Origin: Candidatus Latescibacterota bacterium
Lineage (GTDB): Bacteria > Latescibacterota > UBA2968 > GCA-2709665
Length of the DNA stretch: 64,000 nt
Reading direction: 5' to 3'
NCBI GenBank assembly: GCA_965237675.1
Contig: OZ250150.1
Location: 3,200,001 to 3,264,000, forward strand
The position numbers were made by a program, and so were the translations under genes. Numbering within the stretch: the stretch's first letter is position 1; each line of letters begins with the position of its first letter. The notes under the pieces are model-generated. The model was not told where the DNA came from. It was given only the letters and a program-made list of their open reading frames with translations, and did not search any database. This document shows positions 10,470-19,103 of the stretch, piece after piece.

Positions 10470-11519
10470 ATGTTAAAAGTCGGGGTAGCCGGTTTGAGGC
10501 GTGGACGCAGCCTCGCAAAACCCTTTCACAACCATCGGAAAACGCGACTTGCGGCAATTTGCGATCCGGTGGCAAAGCTGCGGGAACAGGCGGCCAAGGC
10601 CTTCGGCGTCGGACAGACGTACTCGGAATTTGAAGCATTCCTTTCGGCGGACCTGGATGTGGTTGTCGTGGCGACTCCGGCGCCCCTCCATGCGGCTCAG
10701 TCCATTCGCGCGATGGAAGCTGGAGCACACGTTCTGTGCGAGGTTCCGGCAGTTTGGACGCTCGAGGAATGTGAGGCGTTGGCAGAAGCCGTACGGCGCA
10801 CCGGACGGATCTACATGATGGCTGAAAATATGAATTTCTACCATTATATTCAAGACTGGAAAACGAAAATCCGGTCGGGTGCGATCGGGCATGTCTTCTA
10901 CGCGGAAGCGGAATATATACACGATTGCCGGAAACTGATGCGAGGCCCGGAGGGGCAACTGACGTGGCGGGCATCGATGCCGCCCATCCACTATTGCACC
11001 CACAGCCTGGGACCGGTGCTGGATATCCTGGACGACCGGTGCGTTTCCGCCGTGGGCATGGCAACCGGCACGCATACCGCGCCCGAGATCGGTTCGATCG
11101 ACATGGAGGTGGGGTTGTTTCGGACGATGAAGGGTTGCGTCGTCAAGATCCTGTGCGGGTTTACCGTGACCCGCGAGCCTGCGATGCACTGGCAGATTTT
11201 CTACGGTACCGAGGGTACCCTGGAGAATAGGCGGGCACCGTGGGAAGAGGCCAAGATTTTCCGGTCGGGAGAGGGGCCTATGGTGACCATTCCGGCGGAA
11301 GACTCGGATCCGGATGCGCCGGAGGAGGCAATGGCGGGTGGGCACGGGACGTCGGAATATTATATGGTGGATCGGTTCGTTCGTGCGGTTAACGACCGCG
11401 CTCCCGTGCCGATAGACGTATACCGATCCCTTGATTTCTCAACACCCGGGCTTTGCGCGCATCTGTCCGCCCTGCAGGGAAGCGCACCGGTTGATGTTCC
11501 GGACTTCAGGGTCCATTGA
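10470..11519 (+). CDS. Gfo/Idh/MocA family oxidoreductase
   Basis: KVGVAGLRRG Rossmann start, HVLCEVP, YAEAEYIHD, GGHG motif. Confidence 0.85.
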   Translation: MLKVGVAGLRRGRSLAKPFHNHRKTRLAAICDPVAKLREQAAKAFGVGQTYSEFEAFLSADLDVVVVATPAPLHAAQSIRAMEAGAHVLCEVPAVWTLEECEALAEAVRRTGRIYMMAENMNFYHYIQDWKTKIRSGAIGHVFYAEAEYIHDCRKLMRGPEGQLTWRASMPPIHYCTHSLGPVLDILDDRCVSAVGMATGTHTAPEIGSIDMEVGLFRTMKGCVVKILCGFTVTREPAMHWQIFYGTEGTLENRRAPWEEAKIFRSGEGPMVTIPAEDSDPDAPEEAMAGGHGTSEYYMVDRFVRAVNDRAPVPIDVYRSLDFSTPGLCAHLSALQGSAPVDVPDFRVH

Positions 11520-11634
11520 GTGCTGCCATTGTCAGGCGGCAGGTGCCGGAGTTACCGGGGTCGCCCGTGCGTCACGATCCAGGCACCGACGCTTCCGGGG
11601 CGGTTCGGCGGGTTGTGGATGGTCCTTTGCTTCC

Positions 11635-11663
11635 TTGAACCGGGCGACCCAATCGCGTATATT
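11635..11663 (+). promoter_or_regulatory. Putative sigma70 promoter for hydroxypyruvate reductase
   Basis: TTGAAC-17 nt-TATATT. Confidence 0.5.
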
Positions 11664-11762
11664 CGACAGATAATTGAGGGGAATTTCTGAGATGGGTCCG
11701 ATGGAAGCCTCCGCGGGCCGACTGCATCGAACCCTATTTTCAATTTTCAAGGAGGGCACGTT

Positions 11763-12908
11763 TTGGCTGCTAACCAGTGGAAGACGTTCAACGCTTCGGG
11801 TAATCGGCGCGTGGTGGTTACCAAGGAACTTCCAGGCGACCGCTGGTTGAAGATTCTGGAAAAGGCGGAATGCTGCGTCGAATACAATACGTCCATCCGG
11901 ATATTGCAGGTTAACGAGATCAAAGCGGTCATCGGTGATCGATGCGACGGCGTGATCGGACAGCTTACCGAAGATTGGGGCGAACCGCTGTTCTCGGCAT
12001 TGAAAGAAGCAGGCGGCAAGGCGTATAGCAACTATGCGGTCGGATTCAACAATGTGGATGTGGATGCGGCTACAAAGAACGGGATCCCCGTGGGCAATAC
12101 ACCGGGCGTGTTAACGGAGACCACGGCGGAAATGGCGGTTGCGCTCACGTTCTCTGCCGCTCGGCGCGTGGTGGAGGCCGATGAATATATGCGCGGCGGC
12201 AGGTACGAGGGATGGCTGCCTACCCTGTTCCTGGGGCAGTTGCTGAACCGGAAGACCGTCGGCGTGGTCGGCGCGGGACGGATCGGCGCCACGTATGCCC
12301 GCATGATGGTCGAAGGGTTCAAGATGAACTTTATCTATTACGATCCCTATCCCAACGAGAGACTCGAGAACTACATTCGGGATTACGCCGCGTTCCTGGA
12401 GAGGCAGGGTGAGGAGCCTGTTAGCGTTACCAGAGCGGATTCCGTAGCCGAGGTGTTGCGCGAGGCCGACGTGGTCAGCCTGCATCCGCTTCTCGATCCG
12501 ACGACCCACAACCTGATGAACGAGGAAACTCTGAACCTGATGAAGAAAAAAGCGATTCTCGTGAATGCCAGCCGGGGTCCCGTCATCGACGAAAACGCGC
12601 TCGTGGCGCACTGCAGAAAAAATCCCGATTTCCGCGTCGGGCTGGATGTCTTCGAAGATGAGCCGGAAATGAAACCCGGCTTGAATGAGTTGAACAACGT
12701 GGTGATTGTTCCCCATATTGCGTCGGCAACGAGCTGGACACGCGAGGGCATGGCAACGCTCGCCGCCAGCAACGTGGCCGGCATTTTGAGGGGCTTCCCC
12801 ACGTGGGCCGACCAGGACGATATTCTGCTGTTTCTGACCGACGAGGCGCCCATGGCGTGCCCGAGCATTGTGAATGCCGAAGAACTGGGTCTGCCGGTCA
12901 CCGGGTAA
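11763..12908 (+). CDS. D-glycerate dehydrogenase / hydroxypyruvate reductase (plant HPR1-like)
   Basis: CDGVIGQLTEDWGE, GNTPGVLTETTAE, GAGRIG, RGPVIDE, PHIASA. TTG start after AAGGAGG. Confidence 0.9.
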   Translation: MAANQWKTFNASGNRRVVVTKELPGDRWLKILEKAECCVEYNTSIRILQVNEIKAVIGDRCDGVIGQLTEDWGEPLFSALKEAGGKAYSNYAVGFNNVDVDAATKNGIPVGNTPGVLTETTAEMAVALTFSAARRVVEADEYMRGGRYEGWLPTLFLGQLLNRKTVGVVGAGRIGATYARMMVEGFKMNFIYYDPYPNERLENYIRDYAAFLERQGEEPVSVTRADSVAEVLREADVVSLHPLLDPTTHNLMNEETLNLMKKKAILVNASRGPVIDENALVAHCRKNPDFRVGLDVFEDEPEMKPGLNELNNVVIVPHIASATSWTREGMATLAASNVAGILRGFPTWADQDDILLFLTDEAPMACPSIVNAEELGLPVTG

Positions 12909-12942
12909 TCAGACCGGTCATTTTTCGGTATATCGACAATAC

Positions 12943-12993
12943 AGCGGCGGGGTTCCGTGCAGAAATGGCGTGAGACCCCGCCGCTTGGTTTTT
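12943..12993. terminator. Hairpin between convergent genes (probable terminator)
   Basis: 11-bp stem AGCGGCGGGGT / ACCCCGCCGCT followed by TGGTTTTT. Confidence 0.55.
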
Positions 12994-13009
12994 CGTGGCA
13001 CACCGTAGG

Positions 13010-13870
13010 TCACTCGGTTATCTTTGCGATGGCAATGCCGGATTCACCGGCAACAGAGTAGAGGAGATAGGTGTCTGCGCCCTCCCGGTAGATCCCCGGG
13101 TCGCGAAGCTGGCGCACCCGCTCGGGGGCCCATCCTCGCTTCGAGGGTTGGAGGGGAAGATCCGTACCCTCGAAGTCGGTTTCGGGTTCGAGGATGACCT
13201 CTGCCTCTGAAGCCCGCCAATTCATCCAGTCCGGTGTCAGGTCGACTTTGGACCGCAGGATGCGTTCGGGGCGGCAGTCGTGAGCGTTGGAATAGAAAAC
13301 AGAGAGCGTGTTGCCATCCAGTTTCAGCGCGGTGTGGCGCTGATCGTCTGAGAATAGCACGGGACCGTGCCGGAAATCCGCGAGGCCATCCGACGATCGA
13401 TAGAAAATGCCGGGCATGCCCAGCGCATACGTCGCGCTCCGCCACAGGAAGACCCGGAAGTAGGAATTGCCGAGATCTTCGGGTCGAGCCGTGAAGTGAG
13501 TCCCGTCGGAAGACAGCGCGACTTTGGACTGTTGGCCCCTTCCCGGAACCGGTCCGTGGTAGTACATCCTGATTTCGCGATTCTCGTCGTCGATGTGGAC
13601 GTCCGGCGAGGCAAGGTGGCCCGACGTGTAGGCATCCTTGAGGTCCAGCACCCCGGGTTCGTAGGTTGTCCATGGGCCTGAAAGTCTGTCCGAATAGCCA
13701 AGGCGGATGTAATCGCCTCGATGGTGGGCAAAATAGAGGTAATACTCGCCGAGGGGGTTTGGCAGCCAGTGGGGCGCCCGGATGAGCGACGGTCCGTTGA
13801 TGTTGGCACCCATCCGCGAGTCCATGTGGGGCCGGATGATCGGATTGTTCGGCAGGCGTTCAACGCGCAT
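13010..13870 (-). CDS. Five-bladed beta-propeller glycoside-hydrolase-like protein
   Basis: NINGPSLI, YYLYFAHH, HLASPDV, QLRDPGIY blade motifs. Confidence 0.7.
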   Translation of the reverse strand: MRVERLPNNPIIRPHMDSRMGANINGPSLIRAPHWLPNPLGEYYLYFAHHRGDYIRLGYSDRLSGPWTTYEPGVLDLKDAYTSGHLASPDVHIDDENREIRMYYHGPVPGRGQQSKVALSSDGTHFTARPEDLGNSYFRVFLWRSATYALGMPGIFYRSSDGLADFRHGPVLFSDDQRHTALKLDGNTLSVFYSNAHDCRPERILRSKVDLTPDWMNWRASEAEVILEPETDFEGTDLPLQPSKRGWAPERVRQLRDPGIYREGADTYLLYSVAGESGIAIAKITE

Positions 13871-13959
13871 TGACAGTGTCTCCCTTAACCCGGCGGCGAA
13901 ATGACGTCGGCGGCGGCGCTCCGGACCGTGCGGTCTTTCACCTGTATTGGAGGTTGACG

Positions 13960-14940
13960 TTGGCGGAAAAGACCTTCAATAGACGCCTGTCGGTTGCGCC
14001 GATGATGGATTGGACCGACAGGCACGAACGGTATTTCCTGAGAATGTTCTCCCGGTATATCCTGCTCTATACCGAGATGATCACCGTGGACGCCATCCTC
14101 CGCGGCCGGCGCGAGCAACTCCTGGCCCATCATCACCTGGAACATCCGGTCGCGCTGCAGCTGGGCGGGAGCGATCCGGCGGCGCTGGCAAGCTGTTCGC
14201 GGATTGGTGAGGACTACGGGTACGACGAGATCAACCTGAACGTGGGCTGTCCGAGCGATCGGGTAAAGGCCGGTCGGTTCGGCGCGCGCCTTATGGCGGA
14301 ACCCGACCGGGTAGCCCGATGTGTGACGGCCATGCGCGAGGCGGTCGAGATTCCGGTAACCGTGAAGACCAGGATCGGGATCGACGACCGGGATTCCTAC
14401 GCGGACCTCGCCCATTTCGTGCGGACCGTATCCCGTGGCGGGTGCCGGGTTTTTGTCATTCACGCCAGAAAGGCCTGGTTGCAAGGGTTGAGTCCCAGGC
14501 AGAACCGGGAGATCCCGCCGTTGCGCTGCGAGGTGGTGTATCGTTTGAAGCAGGACTTTCCTGACCTGGAGATCATCCTCAACGGAGGAATTACAACCGC
14601 CGGACACGTGCGTCAGCACCTGAAATTCGTGGATGGGGCGATGATTGGACGTGAGGCGTATCAGAATCCCTATTTCCTGGCTTCGATGGACCAGATGTTC
14701 TACGGTGACACCCGCCCCGTTGCCGCGCGCGGGGAGATCCTCGAACGATTCTGCGAGTACGTCGACGATCAGTTGCGCGTTGGGATGCCGCTTGTTGGCA
14801 TGACGCGGCATATCCAGGGCCTCTTCCACGGAATGCCCGGAGCCCGTGCCTGGCGCCGTCACCTCAGCGAGAACGCGCACCGACCCGGATCGGGGGTGGA
14901 GGTGATTCAGCAAGCCGCGCGGTTCGTGCGGGGGCCGTGA
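13960..14940 (+). CDS. dusA: tRNA-dihydrouridine(20/20a) synthase DusA
   Basis: SVAPMMDWTDRH, ALQLGGSDP, NLNVGCPSDRV, HARKAWLQGLSPRQNREIPPL. TTG start after GGAGG. Confidence 0.93.
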   Translation: MAEKTFNRRLSVAPMMDWTDRHERYFLRMFSRYILLYTEMITVDAILRGRREQLLAHHHLEHPVALQLGGSDPAALASCSRIGEDYGYDEINLNVGCPSDRVKAGRFGARLMAEPDRVARCVTAMREAVEIPVTVKTRIGIDDRDSYADLAHFVRTVSRGGCRVFVIHARKAWLQGLSPRQNREIPPLRCEVVYRLKQDFPDLEIILNGGITTAGHVRQHLKFVDGAMIGREAYQNPYFLASMDQMFYGDTRPVAARGEILERFCEYVDDQLRVGMPLVGMTRHIQGLFHGMPGARAWRRHLSENAHRPGSGVEVIQQAARFVRGP

Positions 14941-14987
14941 AACAGGTTGTGAGTTGCGCCGAAAAGCGGACCGCGCGTTGCGGTATC

Positions 14988-15773
14988 CTACGACTGGAGC
15001 GCTTCCCGGCACGCTGCGACGAGTTCCTTATGGGATGTTGTATAACCGATGTTGACCTCCGTGTCGATTACGGCCGCCCTTGACAGATCCAGGCCCTCAC
15101 AGGTGTCGGTGACTTCAATGGCCGTCGTGCAGTCCCGGATGAGGACGATGTCATAACCACGGTCCTTCATCGCCCTCATGCCGTAGTCCCTGAACGGGAC
15201 GCACATATTGGCGGCAAAGCCCGCGTAAAAGAGGTGCAGGATCCCGCGGTGTTTCAGAAGGCGGTGCAGTTGGGCGCCGGTGACGACAACGTCGTCTCCT
15301 TCGCGAGGCTCGGCTTCGGGGATGATGCGGCGGTTTTGGATGATGTCTTCAAAGACCTGGTCGTGCGGATCTTTTGGCTGCGCCCATTTCTTGTAGTCGC
15401 CGGTTTTGGATCGGAACTCGGCGGGCGGCCATTCGTCGCGCGGCACGGACGAGCGGCCGAAAACCTCTTCATCGCCCGCAAACCGGGTCCAGGGCGCGTA
15501 GTGCCTGGCGCAGTCCGGGCTGGGCGCGTGGATAACGGCAGCACCGACGGATCGGAAGGCTTCGGCAACGGGAAGAATACGTTCAAGGGTGATGTTCCTG
15601 CCGCGTTCCAGGTGCGTGGACACAAAGTGGTCGCTCCAGACATCGACCAGCACCAGTGCGATCCGGTTCACCGGGTATTCGTGCTGCAGGATCCTGAGAT
15701 GGAATTCTTCTTCCGTAATGTACGCTTTCCTGGTGAGGTGGTAATATCGGACATCCAGTCGGATTGACTTCAT
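14988..15773 (-). CDS. Isochorismatase-family cysteine hydrolase
   Basis: ALVLVDVW and YAGFAANMCV catalytic motifs, LIRDCTTA. Confidence 0.8.
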   Translation of the reverse strand: MKSIRLDVRYYHLTRKAYITEEEFHLRILQHEYPVNRIALVLVDVWSDHFVSTHLERGRNITLERILPVAEAFRSVGAAVIHAPSPDCARHYAPWTRFAGDEEVFGRSSVPRDEWPPAEFRSKTGDYKKWAQPKDPHDQVFEDIIQNRRIIPEAEPREGDDVVVTGAQLHRLLKHRGILHLFYAGFAANMCVPFRDYGMRAMKDRGYDIVLIRDCTTAIEVTDTCEGLDLSRAAVIDTEVNIGYTTSHKELVAACREALQS

Positions 15774-15824
15774 GGGGGCCCCTTCCGTACTTGTCGGTGA
15801 TTTCTAACCTCCGGGCGCGTGGGC

Positions 15825-15854
15825 AATATGGGAACGAGTGAGTACCTGTGTCAA
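15825..15854 (-). promoter_or_regulatory. Putative sigma70 promoter for the isochorismatase-family gene
   Basis: Minus strand TTGACA-18 nt-CATATT. Confidence 0.45.
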
Positions 15855-16004
15855 GGACAACCCACGACCGGGCGTTCTCCGGCTATCGGATCTCGCTTTC
15901 ACGCACAATAATAAGGTTCAATCTCGTCCCGCTTTCAGGGGCGATATGGCCGTGTCGCTCAGGCCGGCGGCTATTCAGTCATTTGGAGAAAGGCGGTATC
16001 CACG

Positions 16005-17375
16005 ATGAAGAGAGAGCATATCTGGGCGCATCATGAATGGGATGCAACGATAAACTGGAAGCTGATGGAGGGCGGCTATGCGAACCGGCAGAGTGTCAGA
16101 CCGGGGGATGAGCTCGCATTCCATATTGCGAATTCGCGGTCGTACTATGAGATTTTCATTTTCCGTGAAGGAGCCAAGCGGGAACTGGTCAAGACAATCG
16201 AGGGAATGCGAGGGACGCTTCAGGAGGTTCCGGAGCTGGGTTATCAGGACGGATACGAGTGGGCGCCGACGGTGTCTTTCGTCGTTCCGGATACCTGGAC
16301 GAGCGGAATCTATGTTGCAACCTTCCCCACCGGACAGGGGTTGCGGGAGATTCTTTTCGTGGTACGACCCGGTTCTCCGGAATCGCCCATGTTGCTGACG
16401 GTTGCGACAAATACCTACCAGGCCTACAATAACGTGGGCGGCAAGTGCTTCTACGACTACATTTCGACGGATCGGCAGCACGCCAAGCTAGTCAGTTTTG
16501 AACGCCCCCTTCAGATGGAATGTCTGGGCAACTTCTATATCTGGGATCAGTTTTTCACGTCCTGGCTGGATGCGGAGGGGTACCGCGTCGATTATTGTGT
16601 GAACGGCGACCACGACGCGGAGCCCGATATTCTGAAAGACTACCGGGCGAACGTGCGCTTCGGTCACGACGAATACAACAGCCGGAACGAGTGCGAACAG
16701 CTGCAGCGATTCGTTCAGGATGGTGGCAATCTGGTTCTGTTCGGGGGGAACTGTTTCTGCCAGGAGATCGAGTTGAAAAATCAGGGTCGGCAGATTTACT
16801 GTGCAAAGCCCTATTATCACGATCATCCGACGCCCGAGCGGCCGGAGACGTCGTTTCTGTGTTTCCTCGACGATTTGCGCCAGAGGACCATCGGCTTGTT
16901 CTACACATCGTTTGTCCACACAAAGACACGCGATCCGAATGTGTTCCTGGCCCCTACGACCGAAGACTGGGGATACTTTCGTGTGTGCGATCCGGACCAC
17001 TGGGTGTTTGAGGGAACCGGATTGGCACAGGGGGACGAATTCGGCCGGGAGGATTCGATCGTCGGCGTGGAGGCGGATGCGGCGGATCTGGAATTCGTGA
17101 ACGGACGGCCGCGTTACACCGGCACGGACGGGGTGTCGCCGGAATACAGAATTGTGGCCATTGCGGATTGTATGACGCCCGACGGGCACCGGCTGGTTAA
17201 GGTTGGCGGAAAAGAGGGTGAAGCCCGTTGTTACGGTACCGTCGCCGTTAATGAAACGGAGTTCAAGGGCACGGTGTTCAACGCGGCGACAATCGAATGG
17301 GCGCACGGGCTATACAGGGACCGCGGCGTGGTCGCCACAATCACGCGTAACGTGCTCGACAGGTTGGCGACGTAA
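16005..17375 (+). CDS. N,N-dimethylformamidase large-subunit family protein (DUF6605-like)
   Basis: TNTYQAYNNVGGKCFYD, VSFERP, GHDEY, GGNLVLFGGN, HWVFEGTGL, GTVFNAATIEW. Confidence 0.8.
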   Translation: MKREHIWAHHEWDATINWKLMEGGYANRQSVRPGDELAFHIANSRSYYEIFIFREGAKRELVKTIEGMRGTLQEVPELGYQDGYEWAPTVSFVVPDTWTSGIYVATFPTGQGLREILFVVRPGSPESPMLLTVATNTYQAYNNVGGKCFYDYISTDRQHAKLVSFERPLQMECLGNFYIWDQFFTSWLDAEGYRVDYCVNGDHDAEPDILKDYRANVRFGHDEYNSRNECEQLQRFVQDGGNLVLFGGNCFCQEIELKNQGRQIYCAKPYYHDHPTPERPETSFLCFLDDLRQRTIGLFYTSFVHTKTRDPNVFLAPTTEDWGYFRVCDPDHWVFEGTGLAQGDEFGREDSIVGVEADAADLEFVNGRPRYTGTDGVSPEYRIVAIADCMTPDGHRLVKVGGKEGEARCYGTVAVNETEFKGTVFNAATIEWAHGLYRDRGVVATITRNVLDRLAT

Positions 17376-17435
17376 CGCGGATCGATCGCGATTCCTGGCG
17401 CGTCTGTTCGGAATTCTTCAAACCGGGTATCTCCA

Positions 17436-19103
17436 ATGTCGGATGCGGGCATTCGAATTCAACTGGATCTGAGAATCCCCATGAGAGACGGGGTGAACCT
17501 CTACGGCGCGGCATATCGGCCCGCGCAGGGAGAGCGGTTTCCCGTTCTGTTGATCCGGTCGCCCTACAGCACACAGCACCCCAGGTACGTGGAATGGGCG
17601 GTGCGTTTTTCAGGGTCGGGATACGCGGTGGTGATGGTGGACAGCCGCGGGCGTTACGAGTCGGAGGGCGAGTGGCGGGCGTACGTGGATGAGGCGAGAG
17701 ACGGCTATGACACGCAGCAATGGATCGGGGCACAGGCGTGGTGCGACGGAAATATCGGAATGTTCGGGATTTCCTATCCCGGTTTCACCCAGATCCTGCC
17801 GGCCCCCTACCGGAGTCGCTTCGTGAAGGGACTTATGCCCATTGCGAATCAGGAGGATAACTACGGGCATCTGCGGTACAACGGCGTCCTTCAGTTGCAG
17901 AATGCGATGAACTGGATCTGGCTCGGCGGGCGGACCAATCAGAATGCGCCCAGGGACCTGCTGGACTGGGAACGGATCTACCGGCGGCTGCCGTTGATTT
18001 CGGCGATGGATGGCATCGCGGAACGCCCGTTCTTCCGCGAGGTGGTCCGGCATAACGAATTCGACGATTTCTGGTCGTCCTACAGCATGAAAGGCCGGTA
18101 CAAGGAGGTGAGCGCGCCAGCCTATTTCGTGACGGGTTGGTACGACAATCTGGTCCACGAGGGCTTCAAGTGTTTTCGCGGTTGGCGGATGGAAGCCGGC
18201 GATGCCAGGACCCGGCGATTGAGCCGTCTGATGGTCGGGCCCTGGACACACTCACAGATCGGGAGCGCGGAACCGTTCGGGGAAATTGATTTCGGGTCGG
18301 ATGCCGCGGTGGATATTCCCGGTGAACATCTGCGCTGGTACGATCAGCGGCTGCGCGGAATCGACACGGGGATCGACGAGGAACCGCCCGTCAGGATTTT
18401 TGTGATGGGCCGGAACGCGTGGCGTTGGGAGAACGAATGGCCGTTGGCGAGGACGAAATACACAATATACTATCTCCACAGCGGCGGCCGCGCCAATTCG
18501 CTGCTCGGCGACGGAGAACTCAGCCCTGAAGCGCCAGCGGATGAACCGGTGGATCGGTTCGACTACGATCCCGAGCATCCGGTGCCGACCGTGGGCGGAC
18601 AGAGTATGTTCCCCGCCAACACGGGTCCCAGGGATCGGCGCACCGTGGAAGGTCGCGAGGATGTACTGGTGTATTCCACGGCAACGCTGGCGTCGGACCT
18701 GGAAGTGACCGGACCGGTGGAACTCACCCTGTTTGCCGCGTCGGATGCACCGGATACGGATTTTACGGCCACGCTGGTGGACGTACATCCGGATGGCAGC
18801 GCGATTCACATTACGGAGGGCATCGTGCGGGCGCGTTTTCGCGAGTCTTATCGAGAACCCGACCTGATTCGGCCCGGGGCGGTGGTGGAATATCGGATCG
18901 TTCTCTGGGAGACGAGCAATCTCTTCAAAGCGGGGCATCGAATCAGACTGGAGGTCTCCAGCAGCAACTTTCCGCGGTTCGACCGGAATCTGAATACGGG
19001 CAATACGCCCGGCCTGGATGATGACGTGCGGGTTGCACGCCAGACGATCTATCACAACAGCCGCTACGCTTCACGCCTTCGTTTGCCGGTGGTTCCCGGA
19101 TGA
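17436..19103 (+). CDS. CocE/NonD family alpha/beta hydrolase
   Basis: IPMRDGVNL, RSPY, GISYPG nucleophile, GWYD, GPWTH, SSSNFPRFDRNLNTG. Confidence 0.92.
   Translation: MSDAGIRIQLDLRIPMRDGVNLYGAAYRPAQGERFPVLLIRSPYSTQHPRYVEWAVRFSGSGYAVVMVDSRGRYESEGEWRAYVDEARDGYDTQQWIGAQAWCDGNIGMFGISYPGFTQILPAPYRSRFVKGLMPIANQEDNYGHLRYNGVLQLQNAMNWIWLGGRTNQNAPRDLLDWERIYRRLPLISAMDGIAERPFFREVVRHNEFDDFWSSYSMKGRYKEVSAPAYFVTGWYDNLVHEGFKCFRGWRMEAGDARTRRLSRLMVGPWTHSQIGSAEPFGEIDFGSDAAVDIPGEHLRWYDQRLRGIDTGIDEEPPVRIFVMGRNAWRWENEWPLARTKYTIYYLHSGGRANSLLGDGELSPEAPADEPVDRFDYDPEHPVPTVGGQSMFPANTGPRDRRTVEGREDVLVYSTATLASDLEVTGPVELTLFAASDAPDTDFTATLVDVHPDGSAIHITEGIVRARFRESYREPDLIRPGAVVEYRIVLWETSNLFKAGHRIRLEVSSSNFPRFDRNLNTGNTPGLDDDVRVARQTIYHNSRYASRLRLPVVPG

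Noticed and set aside
11558-11650. 10-bp inverted repeat GGGTCGCCCG / CGGGCGACCC upstream of the hydroxypyruvate reductase
   Set aside because: One arm lies in the predicted promoter spacer, so it would not be in that transcript. It may be chance in GC-rich DNA.
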